From the human T2T-CHM13v2.0 reference genome, Homo sapiens: a stretch of DNA of 64,000 nucleotides. Where the stretch lies: NCBI RefSeq assembly GCF_009914755.1, contig NC_060935.1. One strand, given 5' to 3'. The notes under the pieces were generated by a model. It was given only the letters and a program-made list of their open reading frames with translations, made no database searches and was not told the DNA's origin. Made by a program: the position numbers and the translations under genes. Shown here piece after piece: positions 1 to 16,628 of this stretch (its first letter is position 1; each line of letters starts with the position of its first letter).

Positions 1-262
1 TGCCTGTAATCCCAGCACTTTGGGAGGCCGAGGTGGGTGGATCACGAGGTCAGGAGATCAAGACCATCATGGCCAACATGGTAAAACCCCGTCTCTACTA
101 AAAATACAAAAATTAGCCGGGTGTGGTAGCGCACGCCTGTAGTCTCAGGATGCTGAGGCAGGAGAATCACTTGAACCCAGGAGGCAGAGGTTGCAGTGAG
201 CCGTGATCACTGCAGCCTGGCAACAGAGTGAGACTCCGTCTCTTAAAAAAAAAAAAAAAAAA
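1..262 (+). mobile_element. Alu (AluS), cut by the window edge
   Basis: Alu consensus with A-tail. Confidence 0.95.
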
Positions 263-1889
263 GAATTATACAAAGTAAGATTGTTATAATAGACTGTGGA
301 AGACTCCCCAGCAAGCCCATTCCCAACAGCCACCACAAGGAGATGGCTCTGCTCAGTGAAGTCAAATGGAAAGGCCTCTACTACAACCCTTATCCAACTG
401 TAATGTAAGTATCCCCCTCTATTACTGCCCCTCATAATAACAAGAAGCCATAATCACCAGTGCTTATTAGGTATCAAGCAAAATGCTAAGTACATTTACA
501 TTATTTCCCATGTAATACTCCATTTTACATATAGGAAAACTGAAACTTAAGAGGTTAAAATGATTTGGTTATTAATGGAGCCAGGATTGAACCTCAAATT
601 CATGCAACTCTAAAGACCATGTTTTTTCCATTAATTCAGTAAGCTTTTAATGACACCAAGGGATCTCGAAGTATCCAAAACAGAAGGCATTCAGGTACAA
701 CTTAATAAAAGAAAAAGGAAGCAAAATCACAGTTCAAATTAATGAGAAAATTAAAAGATTCAGAAGGTGAGAATTCTGAACCTGTCTAGGGCACCAAGCA
801 GCTGTGATATCTTCAGCAAGTTGTCTGTCAATGAAAATAAAACACCCCTCACATTTACAGTATATAGTATTCTGGAGTCTACATAGCATTTTGAAATATC
901 TGCAAATATTTTATTGTCACAGCAACACTGGAGAGCAGTTTCAATTATCTCTCTTCTATAAATGAGCAAACTGAGACTCAAAAAGAATTCCAGTGACTTA
1001 CCCATGGTTATTAAACAGATGGAACTTGCCAGACACAATATACCTAGATTTCTTTATTCTCAGACATAATATACCTAGATTTCCTTATTCTCAGAAGAGA
1101 TGTACTTGAAACTGGAAAGTTTTAGGGAATGGCCAAAAGGTCACAGCAAGGACAAGAATCCAGTTTCCTTCTTATTCTCCTAACCCAGTGAGCTGCAACC
1201 AGGTACGTAAACCTGGAGCGCTCTAAAAAAAAAAAAAAAAAAAACCCGACGCCTGGGTCCCATACCAACCACCATCCCCCAAATTTAACTTATTTGGTCC
1301 AGGGTGGGACGTGGGTATCATCAGGAAGCTTATATTTTTAAGTTTCCCGGGTGTGGTCATGCTCAAAAACTATTGGCCTAACCCCCAGAGCCACAGATTG
1401 AGAAATGTCCTGATTCACCCTCGTTTTCTAATGTGAAATTCTCTGAGTGAAGCCATCTAACTCTTTGTAAACTCATCACAATTACGAAGCAAAACATCTT
1501 CTATTATTGTGAATGGCCATGTAAGTTAAAATAATTTAATTTCTGTTGCCTAAGAATAAATTGTTATATACCATGCAATCAACATCTTAATGGTCATGAC
1601 TAGAAATGTGGCATACAGCAACAAAATTGCTTCTAGAAAAAGAAAAGCTGCCCACAATAGTATAATATACACAAAAACAACTAAGTAAAAAAACTGAAGT
1701 TGTCTTTTTCCTCCAAATGTCCCTGTTTGGGGGATCTCAAAACTCCTTGGTTCCACCAAGATGAATTCACCTCAAGTGTCCTCTGATGGAGGTCTGAATA
1801 CTGCAAGGACTTATCCCACAATATCTCTACTTCTCTCTGCTAATCCAAATCCTACCTGACCAAGTTCTTTTCCTGACCATCCAGCCTAC

Positions 1890-2309
1890 TGTTATGGGTT
1901 GAATTGTGTCTCAAAAAAAAAAAAATGTTAAAATCCTAACCACCAATACCTTAGGATTGACCTTATTTGGAATTAGAGTAGTTACAGACGTAATCAAGTT
2001 AAAATGAGGTCATTAGGGTGGACCCTAATCCAATATAATTGGTGTCCTTATAAAAAGGGGAAATTTGGACACAAGAGACAATCACACACAGAGATAAGAT
2101 TAGGTGAAAGGACAAAGGGAAAAGAAGCCATCCATAAGCCAAGAAAGGCCAGAGGGTAACAGAAACTAGGATAGAGGCCAGGCACCTCCAGAGGTGGACC
2201 TGCAAAAACCTTGATTTCAACCTTCTGGCCTCTAGAACTGAGAGACCACAAATTTCTGTTTTTCTAAGTCACCCAATCTGTGGTACAGCAGCACTAGGAA
2301 ACTAATACA
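1890..2309 (+). mobile_element. MLT1 (B/C-like) solo LTR
   Basis: TGTTATGGGTTGAATTGTGTC...GGAAACTAATACA. Confidence 0.85.
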
Positions 2310-3143
2310 GCCACCTTTCTCTAAACTACTAAAGTTTGTACCCAGTTTATTTGGTGGCACTGTTCAATTTATTTTTAGTGTATATATCCTACATTCTTAA
2401 TGAAATCAAAGTTTTTTAAGGGCAGAAACACTATTTTATACTTCTTTGGTATCATCTACCATTCTTAGGGAAAAACTGACCTCAGGCAAGGTATTCAGGA
2501 AACATTTGCTCTCTTGATCACTTTCTGGAAAATGTTCAACAACCACTGTTGTTTTAGAATGTGATAACCAGAAAATCACTTTTCCTACTTCCCTAATTCT
2601 GTTTCACACCGGAGTGAGCTATTTAAAAATCTACATTTCTCTTCATGAGCTTTTTATATACATAATATCTATCACATATAGAATCATGGACTGTTTGGGG
2701 CCAAGAGAGAGCTTAAAGATCATGTAGTGCAATCCTGAAGCGGTATCTTCTTCAACTTACAGATACCACTTCTCCCTTCTTGATCGTAAATGCCCTATTC
2801 TCCCTTGTCCGTTGTATTAGTTATTGATTTACAGGGCTCCTTCTCATCACCCCACCCCCACTATACAATAAGCACATTCAGGGTTGAAACTGTCTCATTC
2901 ATCTTTATATCTCCAGTACTTATCACAGTTCATAGTACATGCTCAATCAACAGTTCCTAAAGTATTATTTTCTCTTTCTTTGCCACTAGTCTGCAAGCTT
3001 CTCCAAGAAAGGAAGTGAATCTTAGTCATCTTTGTATCTCTAGGGTCTAGCACTAGCATGCAGCAGATAATAAATATAATAGTTGTTGTTCATGATATTA
3101 AAATGTTTGACTCACTGTCTCTATGCTAGGCTGTGCTGGCCTA

Positions 3144-3472
<329 letters not shown>

Positions 3473-4417
3473 AGAAAGTTCAGACCCAAGGTCATATAGT
3501 TAATAGATGATGGAGCTAAGATTTGAATCCAGAACATCTCATTGAAAGGTCTATCCTCTCATGTACTTTCATGGTAAAGTTTTTATAACTCTAGATATAA
3601 ATGCAACTTCAGTTTTCTATTGGTTTAACTTCCTTTGAAGTTTGTTTCTAGTTAAAATTGGCAGATTGAAAACACATTTACTTATGTTCCCTCCCAAAAT
3701 CACTCTAAAATGATGGTAAAGCTATAAAAGAGGTATGAACCTCAACAATAAAGAGAATGGGTGAGGGGACATCAGACGGTAAGAGATTTCAAAAACTGTT
3801 TAGAATAATAGTGAATAGGGGAGCTGTGACAAAAAGAAAAAAAAAAAACAAAAAAGGAGAGCAAAAGAAGCTGTAATCTAGAGCCTTGCATAGTCCCTGA
3901 GCAGCAAAGATGTGTGGTCCCTGTACAACAGGATCCCTTCACCTGGAAAGAATCACTGGATTAAAACACATAAAGACATAGGAAGTATAAATCATTTACC
4001 CAAAACCACACAGAGATAAGAAGAGCTAGATCCTATTTTTGTTACCTTTCTATAACACATCCGCTATTAGCCAACTTAAAAGAATATAGGATGAATCAGC
4101 AGCCCATGCCACAAAACAAGGAGGCAGAGGTGTTTCCCAGGGTCTACATTTTGGCCTTCTTTACCAACTCCAAAAAGGTCCTTTGTGTTTGGGCTCTCCC
4201 TGGTGAGAACCTGTTCAAATAGTTGGGATAAGAATCCCATTATTCCCATTGTCTGATTCTATAGCTCTGAAAGGTAGGTTACCAGCACCTAACAAAAATA
4301 GGACAAAACTTGGGAGGCGAAAGATTTCATAAGCACTAACACTGTTTCAAGTCAAAGCTGAGCTCATCTATCTTGCCCGTGGTAGTGTGAGAGAAGCAGC
4401 TTTTCATCCCTTTTTAG

Positions 4418-4769
<352 letters not shown>

Positions 4770-7700
4770 TAGATTCATTTTAAAATGCCAAATTACAGAA
4801 TTGCCTACAGTTGCAATTAAGGCATTAATAACTCTAGGGCTATTTCTTAATACACAATTATGAGAGTACCACAGCTATTTGCTCCTCATTCCACCACACT
4901 CCCATTTGAACTCTAGTCCATCACTGCATTAAACACATCTACATACTCAATTTGTGTGTTTTTGATGTGCACAGAAAGAATACTGAATTAGGAGTCAGAA
5001 GAATAGTTCCAAATACAACTCAAGCTTTGGAATCAGCAAGCTTGGGTTTGAATCCCAATTCTGTCTGAGTTACCAGCTGTGAGATCAGAAATTAATCATT
5101 TAATCTCTCTGGACCTCAATTACCTCATATGTAAAATGGGAGACTCATATGGGAAAAAATGGAAAAATATGTCAGAGACCTGTTGTGAGGATTGGGAATA
5201 TTTATTAGGCAACTTGCACAGCAGTAAGTTACTCAATGCGTGGTACTTTCCTCTTTTATTGACCACCTGGTATTTGCTACGTATTTCTAACCTTGGAAGG
5301 GTTGTTTTGAAGAAGTGTTTAAGGAGAGGTAGAATATACAAATTACATTAATTACAATACAGTACAACACAAAATATAACACAGTACAAATATAATATAA
5401 GAAATGATGTCATAGCCATTACAACAGAGTAACACATAAACACTGAAGGAAGAAATACTAATTCTGCCTGGCACAGGAGGACAATGTCAGAGAAGGCATC
5501 AGAGACAGATATTTGAACTTGGTCTTGAAGGTTGTTGAGTGTAAGGACAGCAAGCAAAGGAAAACATGTTAAACAAACAAAATGCTATGAGACCCAAGTT
5601 AAGGGAACATGAGAAAGAATGTTTGGCTTATTTCAGCAATAGTGTGAAAACTTACAAAGAAGTGATAGGTTATACAGAACCAGAAATAAGATTAGCATGA
5701 GGAAGGGACTACCCATGGGAAGTTTTTTGTGGAAAGCAAAGTGGTATAATAGGCAAAAAGAGGTAGTCATTTGAGAAACTCTTGAAACTATTTAGCTGGA
5801 GAAGAACAGTAATAAAATCACTATTGTGATTATAAAGAATTGTCATGTGGAGGAAAGGTTGAATTCATTTTGTCTGACCCAAGGGACAGATTTAAGAAGG
5901 TGGATAGAAATTAAAAAATGATATTATACAAAAATGGCTAAGGAATATTAATGATATACAGGGTGAGTGTTTGAAATTTAAAAGAAAATGTCCCTCCTGT
6001 ACGTTTTGAAATTAACCCAGAAAGCTCGAAAGAGAAACTCCTTCAATCTTAGCCTGGGCTAAGAACCCCAGGCTTTCTCTTCCTCTTTGGGGACAAGACT
6101 TGACTTGATGGGCCTTTGGTGCAACCAGGTTTGAGGAAGGTGCTTCCACCACTTCCTGAGGCCTTACACAATTCAATTCAACCTCAAAAGGGAACACTAG
6201 CCCACACAGAAACAGCTTAAAAAGAAAACTAAAGAAGGCAACGACTTTAAAGGAAACTAGGCAGTGCGCTTAAAGAGAAAAGGGCAATGGGAACAACATG
6301 AACATCAGAGGCATCAACTATCTGTTCTCATGTTAATGAAGGAAGGAAGAGCAGCAAGACCATTCAGTTCAACATCTCACTGTACACATAGAGAAACTGA
6401 AGCCCAGAAAGGGGATAGGGCAGGTAAAGCCAGGCATGAAAACAACTTAACATAAAACGTTAGAGTTCAGGCAGACTCTTTTATCATCTCACTTTTCCTC
6501 AAAATAACACAGTGAAGGAGGTGTTATTTTCCCAATGAGACACGAAGATCTTTAAAGCATTACAATGTTTGTGTTAGTTTTCCTTATGGGTTGCTGGAAT
6601 GAATAATGCTTTCCTTTTCAATCCTATAGGTAAAAAAAAAAAAAAAAAAAAAAAAATCACCCTAAGGACTGGAGCTTCTCCAGGGAAATAATGTGGACTA
6701 GGAAACAGTTTCTCAATACCCTCACCCCAATTCCCCTATTCTATCTAGGACTTTCCAATGTATTACATATTCAATTTTTTAAAAATTCTGTTTTAGCCCC
6801 TGTGCTGAGAACAGGGAGCAAAAATTCAATCAGACATGCATCTTCAAGGAGCTTCCCATTCTGAAAGCATAGACAAGCATGACAATCAATGATTATCTTT
6901 TAGTCATGAAGACTTGGTTTCAAATCCTGGGTCTGCCCTTTACTAGCTAAGGCAAGTCATTTCCTTTCATCTAAACTTCAGACTCCTTTTCTGCGAAATT
7001 GAAGGCAATACCCTCAGTCTAACTCAAAGTATTAACTTGTGAGTATTTGGAAAGATAATTATTTAAAGCACCCAGCAGAATGTCTGATCCACAGTATATA
7101 TGCTCAGAAGGTATTTACTGAATTAATGGCTTACATAAAAGTATCAATTCTAGGGGTAGAGTTGGGAAGAAAGAACATCCCAGCATTATGTTTTCTCATA
7201 ACCCTGGACCCACTGAGAGAATGATGTTTACCTGATCATGTGGGTTTCATGCTCCCCAACTCTTGTGCATTAAAGCCACAAATACCACCCCAGCATTAAA
7301 AACCCGAAAGAACCTGGTAGGTCCCACACAATGACTAGGGATGAAGGAAATAGCTGTCTGGCCTGACCATATTTGCAAAGGGAAGTAGGCAGCAGAGCAA
7401 GGCCTAAAAAACCCAAGACCTGAAATCCTGCAAATCCTTATGATTAAAGACTAGAAAATCCTTGTTAAATACAAATATCTCTGCAAGGTGAAGCTGGGGT
7501 GAAGAATTAGGAGCCATTAGGGATTTATGGAACTCTATGGGCCACAGAAGTTCTCCACTTTAGATAGATATTATTTCAAAAAAATACATTGGCATATCTA
7601 CTGTGGGTCAGGTGTTGAAACAGCAGAGGACTTAGACATGGTTCCAGTTTTTGAGACACTTAGAATAACAGAGACAGAGATCACAATGAAAAATGGTTTC

Positions 7701-8097
7701 ACCACTAAGGTCCTGACATACTGCTATTCAGTGGGCTGCAACTGCCTGCAGAAGTGACCCAAGTTTCCCAGTTACCAAGTTTCCTCCTCCTCTTTTTCAA
7801 TCCATTTACCACAAAACCTGCCATCTCTAGAGGCCCTTCTCTGGGCAGAAGAGCTTGCCTATGTGCCACAGGAGTTTAGAATGGAAATCTGACTAACAGC
7901 AAAGCTCATACCTTACACCACCTATAGCCTCTGGAATCAAACTCCACAAAACACTTTAAAACCACAGAACAAGAAGTTCTGATGTATTTATTTTAAGACT
8001 TTAGGGAAACCATTTGAGAAGACAGAACTAAGTCTTCTGAGAATATCTCAAACATTTACTGACTACCTATTATGTTCCAGCCACCACTTTGATTCTT

Positions 8098-8929
<832 letters not shown>

Positions 8930-10015
8930 TAATGTCCTCAAAACAACCCTGTAAGAGAGCTATTATTGTCTCAATTTTACAAAGAAAAAACTACGTTCAC
9001 AGAAATTAAGTGACTTGCCCAAAATCACACAGTTAATAAGTGATGGAGCTAAAAATTCATAAGTAAATTGGCCACGTCCACTTTAAAGTCTTCATTTCAT
9101 TTTTTCCCCTGCATCTCACATTTCATTCTAATGATAACGCTGTGAGGCAGAGTATCAACATAATTTCATTTTATAAATAGGAAACTGGTGCTTAAGGAAG
9201 TGATATTACTTTCTGAGAAACAGGTCAGTAAGTAGCAGAGCCACAGTTTGTACCCAGATCTCATGCCCTCAAATCTGCACTCTTTACACTACCCCACAAT
9301 TCCTCTTACACTTGCCTTGCAGAGAGGTGTAGTAAAAATATACTTAATAGGGAGTCAGAAGTGCTGAGATGTGGTCTTGACTCTGTAACTAACTTATGTA
9401 ATATTGAATGAGCTGCTTTTCTTCTCTTGGCTTCAGTTTCTCATTCATAAAATAAGGGTGTTGAATTAGACATCTCCTAGGGTCCCCTTCAGCCAGCAAC
9501 CCAACTAGTCTATGAGAAGCAGTTTCTCTAATTTCCTTGCCACTCAAGCAGTAACTTTCTAAAAGAAAAAAAAAGACTGGTTATTTACAGTATAGACGAA
9601 GGTGGAAAATGCTCAGCACCAAAGAGTAGAAATTACCCATTCAAAAGGCATATTTACCTTCCTCAAACACCCTAGATATAAAGAAAGAAAAAGCCATAAG
9701 CCACCTAATAACAGGGTTGGCACATCTAATAACAAGCCAAGTAGGAGTAAAGAGTGTGTTCATGGTAGGGCCCTTTTCCCTCTGCTGGATTCCTAACACT
9801 TCTATTCACTAGCTTTCTCTCTTCCTAGGTTGGCACATCAGCCCTGCCTCACAGCAAATCAGGCTTATGACTTTAACTAAATCCCATCAGATCTAAACAA
9901 TCTACAAATGACTTTTTACTAGTATTACAGAACAAAAAAATGAAAGCCCCAGATGTAAATTCATCCATGCCAAGAAATAGGAAGAAGGAAGAAGTGGGAT
10001 ATATAAGATTTTGGA

Positions 10016-10410
<395 letters not shown>

Positions 10411-10740
10411 TTAACATGAACTTGTAAGTATTCTATATTTAGAAAATGTGAGATATATTAAAAAAAAAAAAACAAGGGGGAAAAGGGCATGGTATTACAA
10501 ATTTTAATTACCTCACAGGAGAAAATAAAAAGGAATGAATTATAGTGCCAGGGAAGAACATAAAATATGTATGGTCACAGCAAGCTGAATACATATTAGT
10601 TATAAGAGCAAAAGGAACTGCACTATCCCTGTAACAGCCAAATAATTCATATAATGCCCCAGGGTAAGACTGCAGAGCAGAACCCATGTTCATGCAGTTA
10701 AACCAGAGCTGATCTGAATATGATCAAAGATCCAACACCA

Positions 10741-11031
10741 GGCTGGGTGCGGTGGCTCACACCTGTAATCTTAGCACTTTGGGAGGCTGAGGCAGGAGGA
10801 CTGCTTGAACTCAGGACTTCAAGACCAGTCTGGCAATATGGCGAAACCCCATCTCTACAAAAAAATACAAAAAAATTAACTGGGTATGGTGGCACGTGCC
10901 TGTAGCCCCAGCTACTTGGCAGGCTGAAGTAGGAGGTTGAAGCTGCAGTGAACTATGATCAGGCCACTGTACTCCAGCCTAGGTGACAGAGCGAGACCTT
11001 GTCTTGAAAAATAAATAAACAAATAAATAAA
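10741..11031 (+). mobile_element. AluJ with a right-arm deletion
   Basis: J-type features (GGAGGACTGCTTGA, GCTGCAGTGAACTATGATC). Confidence 0.9.
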
Positions 11032-11399
11032 ATTCATACTACCTTAGCCAAGTATCATCATTCATATTCTGTAGCTCTTTACCTATTAATATGCTAAATT
11101 ACGTACTAGGCACTTCCACATATATTTGTCCATTTAATTGTCTCAACACCCCAGTGGTTATATTCCCTATTTTACAGAAGGGGAGCCCGAAGCTCAATGA
11201 GGTAAAAAGACCAGGATGAGAATCCAAACTCTGGCTCCAAGTTCAATATACTCTGTCCCTATTATAACCTATCTCCTTCATTGTACAAGTCCCTCAGACA
11301 CACATTATCCGGTTTTATATCTCACAACCACCACCACCTTGTGAGCTAGACATTCAAGATTCCTCATGAACTGGTCCCTATCCGTCTTTCCAGTTTTGA

Positions 11400-12050
11400 A
11401 ATGGATGCTGTTGGCTGCCTACCCAGCATCCATTCCCTTCTTCTCCCTAACAGAGCCCAGACTTTTTTTTTTATCAGGTATTCATCCCTCATCAAACAGT
11501 TTCTAAGGCAGTTCTCAAATTTTAGCATGAAATCAAAATCATCTGGCGGGCTTGTTAAAACACAGATTCCTGGGCCCCACACCCAGAGTTTTTGATTCAT
11601 AAGTCTGAGATGTGGCTCCAGAATTTGCATTTTTAGCAAGTTCCCAGAACACAACACTTTGAGAAGCACTGTTCTCAGAGAAAGCTGACCCCATTCCTAG
11701 CTCCAAGAGCAGGCCCTGATTGTACATCCAAACCAAACATGGTAATTCCATTCTCCTTGCCAGTGATTAGTTCTTGAATCAGATTTAGGTTTACTCAATC
11801 AGTACCTGGCATGTCCCTAGAAATTCTTGTAGTTCAGGGATGGGCAGGTGATCTCTACTGGTTCAATTTCACTGAGGAGAAGAAATTTTTGTCCATTTTC
11901 TGAAATAAAATCAGTCAGTCTCTCTCCCTTTCTCTCTCTCTCTCTGTCTCTCTCATCCACTGGTGAATAAAGAAGCTTATCTCCCCAGCTGGTCTTGTCA
12001 GCCAATTTACTACCATGATGGAAGCCAGCTTGTGGATAAAGGTAACACAA
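11400..12050. mobile_element. Old MLT1 (K/L-like) LTR fragment containing MER5A
   Basis: Degenerate MaLR-like motifs flanking the MER5A. Confidence 0.45.
11509..11671. mobile_element. MER5A (hAT-Charlie) fossil
   Basis: CAGTTCTCAAA...CTTGTTAAAACACAGATTCCTGGGCCCCAC...TTTGAGAAGCACTG terminal inverted repeats. Confidence 0.8.
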
Positions 12051-12177
12051 GCATGATAAAAACGTCAACATGATTTAAGCCAAATTTGAGTCAGAATTTC
12101 TGTTTACCGAATTCCAAATGATACACAATTTGGTACTAGAAGAGGGTACAGCCACCTGAATATTCTCTAGGGCATAA

Positions 12178-12625
12178 TGTATACACTGCTTTGCTCAACA
12201 CCTATTCCAACTCCTTTCTAGCCTAGTAGGCACTACAGAGGTTGAAAAAAAAAAAAACATTACTTCTCAGATTTCCTTCTAAATGTGATTTAGGTTCCAC
12301 CATTCAGATGCTCTCAGACTAGATACTGATTAGAACTAAATTGGATGATGGGAGAGACTAGCACAGGACATCCCTTTTGCTGGAACAAACTGCAGCAGAG
12401 GCAGCATAGTTCTCTATCTAGCAACTGTAGCAACAGGTTCCTGATTCTGGCAAAGAGCAGCATCCTTGGGGACTCAGTTATTCAATGTAGTTTGGGGAGT
12501 TTGTTCCTGGAAGCCCAGCCTGGGTCCATTTCTTTAACTCTCCCAAAGATTCCTAAATCTCTCTGATATCCTTTAATAAATCTTTTTTGCTTAAACTTGC
12601 TAGAATGGACTCTCCTGTTTGCCCC
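12178..12625 (+). mobile_element. LTR33-like fragment
   Basis: TTAGGTTCCACCATTCAGATG motif, AATAAA then TTTGCTTAAACTTGCTAGA; shares motifs with the 41362 element. Confidence 0.5.
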
Positions 12626-13495
12626 TATTAATAAGAGCCATGACAAATAAGATAGCATATAATATTTACTATCATATTCCCATGACACCTGGCCCTTTCC
12701 TACCATGTCTTTGCATCAGCTCTTCTATCAGTGTGGAATGTCCTCCCTCAAAATAACCCCATTTGCAAAAGTTATCCACTACCTCCATGAAGAGATTTAC
12801 AAAAAGAGGAAGAAAGACTTACATAAAGGAAGAAAGACTTGACAGGAGACTGAGCTCTGAAGAATGAGGGGTATGTCATCTGGTAGAAAGGGACAGAGAG
12901 GAAGGAGAGGGCTATTTCAAGTGCAAAGATCAACATTTACAATAGTAATAAGGTGTCTCTTGCCACCAAAGACTGCACCTGCACCTACAAATTCACAACT
13001 TCTTAAAGAGTTGGAAATGATACCACTGCACATACTAGTTTTTGCTCAAAAAATTAATGTTGAATACAAGTAAATTTTATAGTCAGTTGTCAGTAATTAC
13101 TAAGCACTAATAACTGTATTTTAAAAAAAATACCATACTAGAAGCTATAGGGAGATTCCCATAGTAGACATCACACTCTCCCACTCTTGGAGCCTTACAA
13201 CGTAGAAGGAAACAAGGATACCCACAAAGATCAAAGACACAACATAAAAACTATTTTTTAAGTGCATATTCATATAAACAACAGTAAAGGAAAAAAAAAG
13301 ATTCAAGTATCTAAACCTAGATGTTATTCAGAGAAAATGTCCCTAGAATTCATTAATTCACCAAATATTTATTAGGTATCTACTATGTGCTAAAAATTGG
13401 TCTAGGTGCTGAGGACAACAAAGAAGCAAGCAGAGAAGGTCTTTGTTTTCACAAGGCTTATATTCTAATTGAAGAATTAGGAACAAAGGTTTTGA

Positions 13496-13982
<487 letters not shown>

Positions 13983-16628
13983 AAAGCAGGTACTATTATT
14001 AGTACCATTTCACGTATAAGGAAACCAAAACCACAGAGGTTAACTAAAACTACTCTGGCCAGATCACAGTCAGGAAATGGCAGGGCCACAGGATTCAATG
14101 TTAGGTCAGTAGCAGAGATTTTAACAGCTACACAATACACAGAGAAGAGAAAATTATATTTACATGTTACAGCCTTGTTGAAATGTGAGGTTTGGAATTA
14201 TTAATTGGGCATGAACTTCATCATCTCTGTCATTATTTTTCCTTATTCTATAAAGTGAGCTGTTAGACTTCCAAAACTAAGGTCGTGTTCAACTTCTGTT
14301 TCCATGGTTTCAAAAACAATGTGAAAAGATATTCAGGTGCCTGGTCCAATTGTTAGTAAAAAGGTGCTTTGAAGGCTGCGGCTCTGCAGTTCTTATTCAC
14401 TGGCTGGGACCGTGTGCTTCCATGGGTTCATTAAGGGGCGCATTAGCATTACATTAATTGGCATAAACAGCTGTAGCACAAACCTCCAGCAGATAGGAGG
14501 CTAGAGGCACAGAGAACAAAGGGAGAGGCACGAAAGCAACAATTGGCTGACCTGAAGCTGTCTAGGTCAGGCATGGCATTTGGTCCCTCTTCATTTCTAA
14601 GTTCTCATGAATGTGGACACCCAGTCGGCAGCCCAAAGCCTTTCTCATTTCCATCTCAATCTCCAGGAAGAATTACAATGAGAATAACAGCTACTGAGGC
14701 AGAGAACAGATTCTGAATATTAAAATACACACTAGGCAGGAGCTGGGAAAAGGAAGAATAAGACAGGTTTTCCTTTTGGTCTTAACAAAGCATGACAGTC
14801 AAATGCTACCATATACCTGCTGTATAAGCTCTGTACCAGACAGGACCTTTCAAGGACCCTTACCAAGTCCCTTCAATTATTATTCACTTCTTATCTCTAT
14901 GCATTTATTAGGCATCTCTGATGTACCAGACTCTGAGGTAGCCATCATAGGAATATAATTTAAAAAACACAATCCCAATCTCAGGGAACTAAATCTAAGG
15001 GAGGAATAAGCATACATAGAGGGGATTCTTGTTATGTGAGGATAACTACTATCCAAAAATACCACTTAAAGTTAACTGACAAGGGACCAAAATTTCTTAG
15101 TAAATTTTTTTAAAATGTTGATGGGGCCTTTAATTTATCAAGACAAACATTTTAAAATGTTTATAATTCCTAATTTAATAAAACTTGTTATATTGCCCAC
15201 AAAGTTAATTCTTAGAACAAAGAACATCCGTCACTTCACATTTGGCTTTCAAAACATATCGATAAGAGGATCAATTTTATAAAAATATTCAAGAGCTTCA
15301 TCAATTTTTCCCAAGGGTCTCTTTTAATCCTTTGTTACTCAAATCATTGTCCTCCGAATGTCCTGTTATGTCATTACCCACATTAATTCTCCCTTCAATT
15401 TTAAATTGGTCTAAATTTACCTAATCCTCATTTGTCAGTGATTTTTGTGCGTGTGATTCAGGCCATTATCCAATATTGCCTTATTTCAACTTCCTAAATT
15501 TTTTCAACATTCATTTTAGAATCCACTTGCATTACATTGTTCAATGTTAATAATCCTACCATTAGAAAAGCACTTACTGACAAAGAGGGGTGAATGTACA
15601 GACCTTACTGGTGAGCAGGGAGGAATGTTTGAGTGGGGGCTAATTTTATAAGTCCCTATAGATAACAAATGAACTTCAATACTAATTATAGTGCAAAGGA
15701 CGGAGAGAGTACTACGAAAATTCAAGAAAGTTTGATGAATATATGTCGAGGGAGTGCAAAAGTAAATTATTTTATTCAGTCTTTCAACAAATATGTATTA
15801 AGAGCCTACTACATGCCAGGCACTGATCAAGATACTGAAGATACAGCAAAGAACAAAACAAAGTACTACCCTCTAGGAACTTAAAATCATAAATGGGAGG
15901 ATGAAAACTGGGGAAGCCTACATGGAAGAACTGGCATCCAAGTTGCATCTTGAGGAATAAAGAGTTTTAAAAGCATAGAGGAAAACAGAATTCCAGGCTG
16001 AGGGAACAGGGTAATATGATATGAAATGGAATGAAACTGAAACTGTCTATTTAGAGAGATAGAGTAGGGTTAGAAGAGATGATGCTGAAGAGGTAGGTGA
16101 GGTCAAATTATTAAGTTCCCTGAATAACTAATTTACATATTATCCTATAAACAATGGAGACACACTGATGGCTTTTGGGAAGAACAGTGACAGGATCAGA
16201 AAAATTACTCCACGCAGAATAATGAATAAATAAGAGGGCACAAAGACTGGTTGCCACGACACTAGTTAATAGGTTACTAAAAGTCAAGGGAAGAGATGAT
16301 TACAGTCTAAATCAGAGCAGAAAGGATAGAGAAATAAAAATAAACTGGTAAAAAAAACTACAGAGATAAAACTAACAAGGCTTGATAATCCATTGGACTG
16401 ATAGCAAGAGCTTATTCATTCTGCAAATATTTACAAGCCTCACTGTGTTCCAAGCATTGTACTAAGTGATGAGGTACAATGGTGACCAAAAGACATGACC
16501 TTTGACTCCATGGAGTTGAAAGTCTAGACATAACCAAGAGTCAAATAAATACAGAATCACAAATCATTATAAATGCCATCGCAGAAAATAACAAAGTGCT
16601 GTAAGAGGAAAACAGAGGGGCTCTTCTT

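Noticed and set aside
9715-9839. GGTTGGCACATC present twice (9715-9726, 9828-9839)
   Set aside because: Short 12-mer with no recognisable insert or tail between the copies; cannot be distinguished from chance.
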